From an uncultured Clostridia bacterium (GTDB taxonomy: Bacteria > Bacillota > Clostridia > Christensenellales > UBA1242): a stretch of DNA of 64,000 bases. Positions within the stretch are counted from its first letter, which is position 1; the number at the start of each line of letters is the position of its first letter. The stretch is taken from positions 12,236 to 76,235 of the forward strand of contig CALWFB010000005.1 in NCBI GenBank assembly GCA_944377485.1. Reading direction: 5' to 3'. The notes beneath the pieces were generated by a model. The model was not told the origin of the DNA. It saw only the letters and a list, made by a program, of their open reading frames with translations, and made no database searches. Below are positions 60,601 to 64,000 of this stretch, piece by piece. The position numbers were made by a program, and so were the translations under genes.

Positions 60601-61056
60601 TTTTTCCGTAGGAGTTTGTGCTGTAATACAGAAAACTGATGGGTCTACCATTTTATAAATTTTACTGCTTGAATATTTGACAGGAATCAAAAATGCACAT
60701 AGAGCGAGAACTACCACTATTGCACTCAATGCTGCAATAAAATACCAAGGTTTTGATTGTAAAAAATTTGTTTTAATATTTACTAATTCTTCTTTAACTG
60801 TTTCATTATTATTTTTATTTACAATTTTTGAACCATTAGCAATTTCAAAGAATTCTGTCAATGTAATGCCAAATACTTTTGACAAGTTCTCAAGAGTATC
60901 CAAACTTGGTTCAGACAAATCATTTTCCCATTTTGATATCGCTTGATAAGATATGTTCAGTTTTTTCCCAAGTTGTTCTTGCGTTAACCCTTTTTCTTTT
61001 CGCAATTTTGCTATTGTTTTTCCATACTTTTTCAAGGTTCTTCTCCTTTTCGACAT
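57664..61056 (-). CDS. multidomain protein: XRE HTH, TM helix, trypsin-like serine protease, Listeria-Bacteroides (Flg_new) repeats, GLUG-like repeat region
   Basis: HTH: LRKEKGLTQEQLGKKLNISYQAISKWEN. TM: WYFIAALSAIVVVLALCAFLIPV. Protease: TNYHVI, DVAIIQI, GNSGGVL. Five to six repeats of the Y-x-I/V-x-F/Y-x-x-NGG...GY-x-F-x-GW type. The C-terminal region has repeated xGxxxG...I-x-N-C motifs. Confidence 0.85.
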   Translation of the reverse strand: MSKRRRTLKKYGKTIAKLRKEKGLTQEQLGKKLNISYQAISKWENDLSEPSLDTLENLSKVFGITLTEFFEIANGSKIVNKNNNETVKEELVNIKTNFLQSKPWYFIAALSAIVVVLALCAFLIPVKYSSSKIYKMVDPSVFCITAQTPTEKLAGSGFFINDSGLAVTNYHVIKNSTSGEVQLNNGKTYKIKSIVGCDENLDVAIIQIDIKHSQSVRLGDSNKISVGDTVYAIGYPESFELGSANSTFTQGIISKTSYTYEGNNYIQTTVDMTHGNSGGVLVNEEGKVIGITTLMLTDGMVDYMNMAIPINKIKDIKRDINLPLKEYFENFLDVYIYDENSSLLEIEEIYKGKRLENYIKTGYIFGGYYLDSSFIEPFDVNQPIEESISLYVKLTPITYTITFDANGGFGSMEKQEFTYSMGQNLNKCLFKKSGYMFKNWIYNGQTFTDEEFVNNLTSDDKNEIVLKAQWDVLIYTVVFDGNGANNTTMDNLLIKYNEKANLLLNEYEKAGYEFLGWSYNGSTFSDGQEVFNLTDTERTITFYAIWSPIDFTVVYYLDGGVNNSANIKTYSVLSEPFTLLEATKYGFTFEGWYDSEYYSNRVDKILPTMCRNLTLYAKFSATKYNINYQLDGGQLTLSEEDKYYTILDRHNIDVTPTKNYYTFDGWYDNADFTGEKVTSIPKGNVGEVTLYAKYTPIDYTITYVLNGGTVFSPNITTYNFETESFKVTNPEKPGCEFVGWYTDDINSKYSSYTIVKGSHGDIKLTAVYKILEDEDGTVLITTPQAFSELTTNNEYWTKNISLENDIDMQGHLLTSSIGLNNHYTGYEFTGTFEGNNHIISNLSTESRNSLRDGSSGIFGNINSATIKNVSFVNVNLEFNTSRGEDIGALIGHALNSTIENCHIQGILNARHSYYYSFSIGGFIGNPVSTKISKCSADLTMYVEVCASSYLEDLELSLSGFSGSGGTIENCYSKTSMNVNLSDQYYYAPDLVKSYIAGFSANSDVKNCYSESEITINAEYTIEQLDVVAFAYNSTVQDCFAICSVNYNQIRDRQASVTYYTFVNEIYDNFENCYYAETNDVVGIDDVQTNGISASANTIYEYCMSNWDNAIWNLYTDKSPTLIGEQNEKNN

Positions 61057-61253
61057 TTACATTATAGCATGCGAATATCAAAAATTTAATATTTTTTTCT
61101 CAACTAACGGTTGAATTTCACCCAATTTTGTTGAATTTATCAATATTTTAATAATCTTAATAATATTTTATACAAATAATTTAACATATTGTTATCAATT
61201 TTATTTTATATTACCTTTTATTACTTATTGATTTGAACCTTATATGAAATCTA

Positions 61254-62492
61254 CTAATCCTCACTAATTTCTCGATTCTCTGAATTTTGAGATTTATTAT
61301 TTTTATTTTTTACTATCAATTTCCCATCTACAATTTTATATTTCATAAATCTTATAAGAATATATGCTACAAACAAAACAATGCTCTGTGAAATCCTTCC
61401 AATATCCGTACAATATGGTGACATAACAAATACTGAAAGTATTGTCCATAATACCATCGTAAAAATATTTAATGTAGTATTAAGCGCAGGAGAGTATTCA
61501 ATCTGAGTATAAATCCCTAAAATTATAGCATATGTATCCATCATCATATCTAAAACTTGGAATAACAAATAAACAACCACAATAGGAATAGAAACATCAA
61601 TAAAAGCAACCAATATAAAAGTCATGATAACACTCGATAATGCTAAAATAATAGTATAAAAATATGCATTACGCATTTCTTTTTTGTAATTATATCTATT
61701 CTTTGCGATATCAACTTTTGCCACTGTATCACGTGCCGTCAACATGTCCCACTGCGTGTCAGTGCAAAGTGCAACCAAGTTTAAAGCAAGCAAATACTCC
61801 TCGCCCGCCTGAAAAGCATTTCTATAACCAAAAGTATAAATTACAAACATAAAAAGTGCATTGATAATATTACTAGATTCATAGCGTAAATTTTTAAAAA
61901 ATTTGAAATCAATTTTAAACTTTTCAAACTGCCAAATGTATAAAGAAACTACGTATATTAACATTATGCCAAGAGTAATCAACAATGCAACAAAGGTATT
62001 TGGAATACACGCACATAGCAAAATTACAATTAAAAAATTGATAATGTTAAAACTGAATAGATGAATATTTGCCAGTTTTTCTTTATCTTCAAAATATAGT
62101 TTTTCTATAATAAATTGCACTAATGTTTGTTCAAATAATTGTGCTATCCCATAAATTACATAGATTTTGTAAAAGTCAATATTTTGACCAAAAAATGTGA
62201 TATATTCATCTATAAATATTATTGGCAAAGAAAATATAATTATTGAAAAAATTGTGCCCCAAAGAATGCTATTCCAAACTGCGTTTTTATCATGTTCTTT
62301 CTCTTTTCGGATATTTGCGCCAGAGCCAAAAAAACAGCGAAATATTATCCAGACAAATTGAAATGCATAACAAATTGAAAATACATTTGCTATCCTGTCA
62401 TCTCCTAATACAAAAGAAAGAATAATCCACGATAGAACGGGGATTATTGAGTATATAAATAGGCCACTTCCAATGCTAAATAGACGTTTCAT
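61254..62492 (-). CDS. polytopic membrane protein (paralog A; flippase/MOP-like topology, family not verified)
   Basis: 412 aa with about 12 TM helices. Roughly 65-70% identical by eye to the adjacent 410-aa protein. Confidence 0.6.
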   Translation of the reverse strand: MKRLFSIGSGLFIYSIIPVLSWIILSFVLGDDRIANVFSICYAFQFVWIIFRCFFGSGANIRKEKEHDKNAVWNSILWGTIFSIIIFSLPIIFIDEYITFFGQNIDFYKIYVIYGIAQLFEQTLVQFIIEKLYFEDKEKLANIHLFSFNIINFLIVILLCACIPNTFVALLITLGIMLIYVVSLYIWQFEKFKIDFKFFKNLRYESSNIINALFMFVIYTFGYRNAFQAGEEYLLALNLVALCTDTQWDMLTARDTVAKVDIAKNRYNYKKEMRNAYFYTIILALSSVIMTFILVAFIDVSIPIVVVYLLFQVLDMMMDTYAIILGIYTQIEYSPALNTTLNIFTMVLWTILSVFVMSPYCTDIGRISQSIVLFVAYILIRFMKYKIVDGKLIVKNKNNKSQNSENREISED

Positions 62493-62601
62493 ATTTGAAA
62501 TTATTTTTTCTTTTATATGATACCAAAAAAAATTAAAAATGTATATAAATTTATTAATTTTATGTAATTAAGGCAAAATTTTATTTTTGATTTAACTAAT
62601 T

Positions 62602-63834
62602 TTAGTTTTTATCTTGATTTTTTGTTTGAATTTTACCATGTAAATTCTCTTTAACAATCAATTTGTTTTCAACTACTTTATATTTAGAAAATCTTATTAC
62701 ACTAAATGAAATAAATAACATTACACTTTGACTTATTTGTCCAATATCCGTACAATAAGGTGACAATATTAATAGTGATAAAATAGTTCTAATTATCATG
62801 GTAGATAAATTAAGCACTGTATTAATAATTGGTGAATATTCAATCTGGGTATAAATTGATAATATAGAAGTATATGTATCCAAAAACATTCCTATTATTT
62901 GAAAACTTAAATAAGTGATAAGCAATTTTGCAGAAACATTTATAAATGACACCAGTATTAATGACATTATAACGCTTGATAAACCAACTATAATTGTAAA
63001 TATATATGCTTTTTTTATTTCGGAAGCATAATTATATCTATTTTTAGATATATCAACTTTCGCCACAATATCATAAGCAGTCAGCATATCCCACTGTGCA
63101 TCTGTACATAGAGCCACAATATTCAGTGCTAAAAGATATTCTTCCCCTGCACTAAATGCATTTCTATATCCGAATAAATAAATTATTAGCATAAAAAGCG
63201 CATTGAACAAATTCGCAGACTCATATTTTATGTTTTTAAAAAATTTGAAATCAATTTTAAATTTTTGAAATTGCCAAACATACAGACATATTACATAAAT
63301 CAATAATACAGCCAATGTGGCAATCAATGCGATAAAAGTATTTTTAATACAAGCACATAATATAATAAGAATCAAAAAATTTAAAATATTGAACACAAAA
63401 ACATGAATATTTGCTAATTTTTCTTTATCTTCAAAGTATAATTTTTCGATTATAAATTGTAAGAGAGTTTGAACAAATAACTGTGTAATACCATATATGA
63501 CATATATTCTATAAAATTCTGCATCCTGTCCGAAAAAATTTATATATTTGTCTACAAATATTATAGGAATTGAAAACACAATAATCGCAAAAATTGTTCC
63601 CCAAAAAATTCCATTCCATGTTGCATTATTATCGTGTTCTTTTTCCTTTCTAATGTTGGCACCTGAACCGAACAGACATTTAAATATCGACCAAACAAAT
63701 TGAATTGCATAGCAAATAGAAAATACATTTGCTATCCTACTATCGTCTAATATAAATGAAAGAACTACCCATGAAAGAATTGGGATAATTGAATATATGA
63801 ATAATGAACTTCCTATTCCAAATAATCGTTTCAT
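62602..63834 (-). CDS. polytopic membrane protein (paralog B)
   Basis: 410 aa, co-linear with 61254-62492 (MKRLF.IGS.LFIYSIIP.LSW..LSF.L.D.RIANVFSICYA.QFVW...). Confidence 0.6.
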   Translation of the reverse strand: MKRLFGIGSSLFIYSIIPILSWVVLSFILDDSRIANVFSICYAIQFVWSIFKCLFGSGANIRKEKEHDNNATWNGIFWGTIFAIIVFSIPIIFVDKYINFFGQDAEFYRIYVIYGITQLFVQTLLQFIIEKLYFEDKEKLANIHVFVFNILNFLILIILCACIKNTFIALIATLAVLLIYVICLYVWQFQKFKIDFKFFKNIKYESANLFNALFMLIIYLFGYRNAFSAGEEYLLALNIVALCTDAQWDMLTAYDIVAKVDISKNRYNYASEIKKAYIFTIIVGLSSVIMSLILVSFINVSAKLLITYLSFQIIGMFLDTYTSILSIYTQIEYSPIINTVLNLSTMIIRTILSLLILSPYCTDIGQISQSVMLFISFSVIRFSKYKVVENKLIVKENLHGKIQTKNQDKN

Positions 63835-64000
63835 AAATTAAAGAAAACACTTAGTTTAAATAATATTAACATAATTAATAAATTTTTTGGTAGAAATTTT
63901 AAATATTTGTAAAAAAAAACTTAAAATTTTAACTAACATAATATTTTTATTATAAAATTTAATAATTTGTAGTCAATAATATAATGACAATAATTGCAAT

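Overview
This is an AT-rich chromosomal segment using the standard genetic code. Gene content and order point to a low-GC Gram-positive (Bacillota-like) bacterium, possibly with a streamlined genome. About 85% of the window is recognisable housekeeping. Recognised blocks are nth-obg-yhbY, the ctsR-mcsA-mcsB-clpC operon with its CtsR operator, uvrC, murB, a PHP-whiA-dnaE unit, pfkA, greA and holB-ricT-methyltransferase-rsmI. Further blocks are fba, rplU-prp-rpmA, a SpoIVFB-like M50 protease, minDE behind divergent MreB-like and Ppx/GppA-like genes, a CBS/methyltransferase/pseudouridine synthase operon and polA. RNA genes are a 23S-5S rRNA unit on the minus strand with its own promoter and no 16S in the window, a long Bacillus-type SRP RNA, and tRNA-Leu(CAA). 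The only transposase is an IS200-type relic with an in-frame internal deletion. The most unusual content lies in the accessory stretch at about 30.6-33.3 kb and at the tRNA-Leu locus at about 56.6-57.0 kb. (1) A tandemly duplicated, divergently transcribed pair of a small XRE repressor and a small four-Cys protein has palindromic operators, and all four mRNAs appear to be leaderless. (2) An array of SD-ATG-hairpin repeats follows. (3) Truncated duplicates of the 5S 3' end and of the tRNA-Leu 5' end each abut a co-linear, same-orientation element of about 160 nt with shared conserved blocks. I could not assign this element to any known class. Other oddities are a secreted-protein gene whose 3' two-thirds switches abruptly to a purine-rich ATA/CTA/GTA codon style, and an 1130-aa HTH-TM-trypsin-repeat-GLUG-like protein. 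There is also a possible HEPN(Rx4H)-CBS protein coupled to RNA-modification enzymes, and several ATPase-fold proteins with degenerate nucleotide-binding motifs. No CRISPR array, integrase, reverse transcriptase or recognisable defence gene was seen. All family assignments come from motif recognition by eye; no searches were run.
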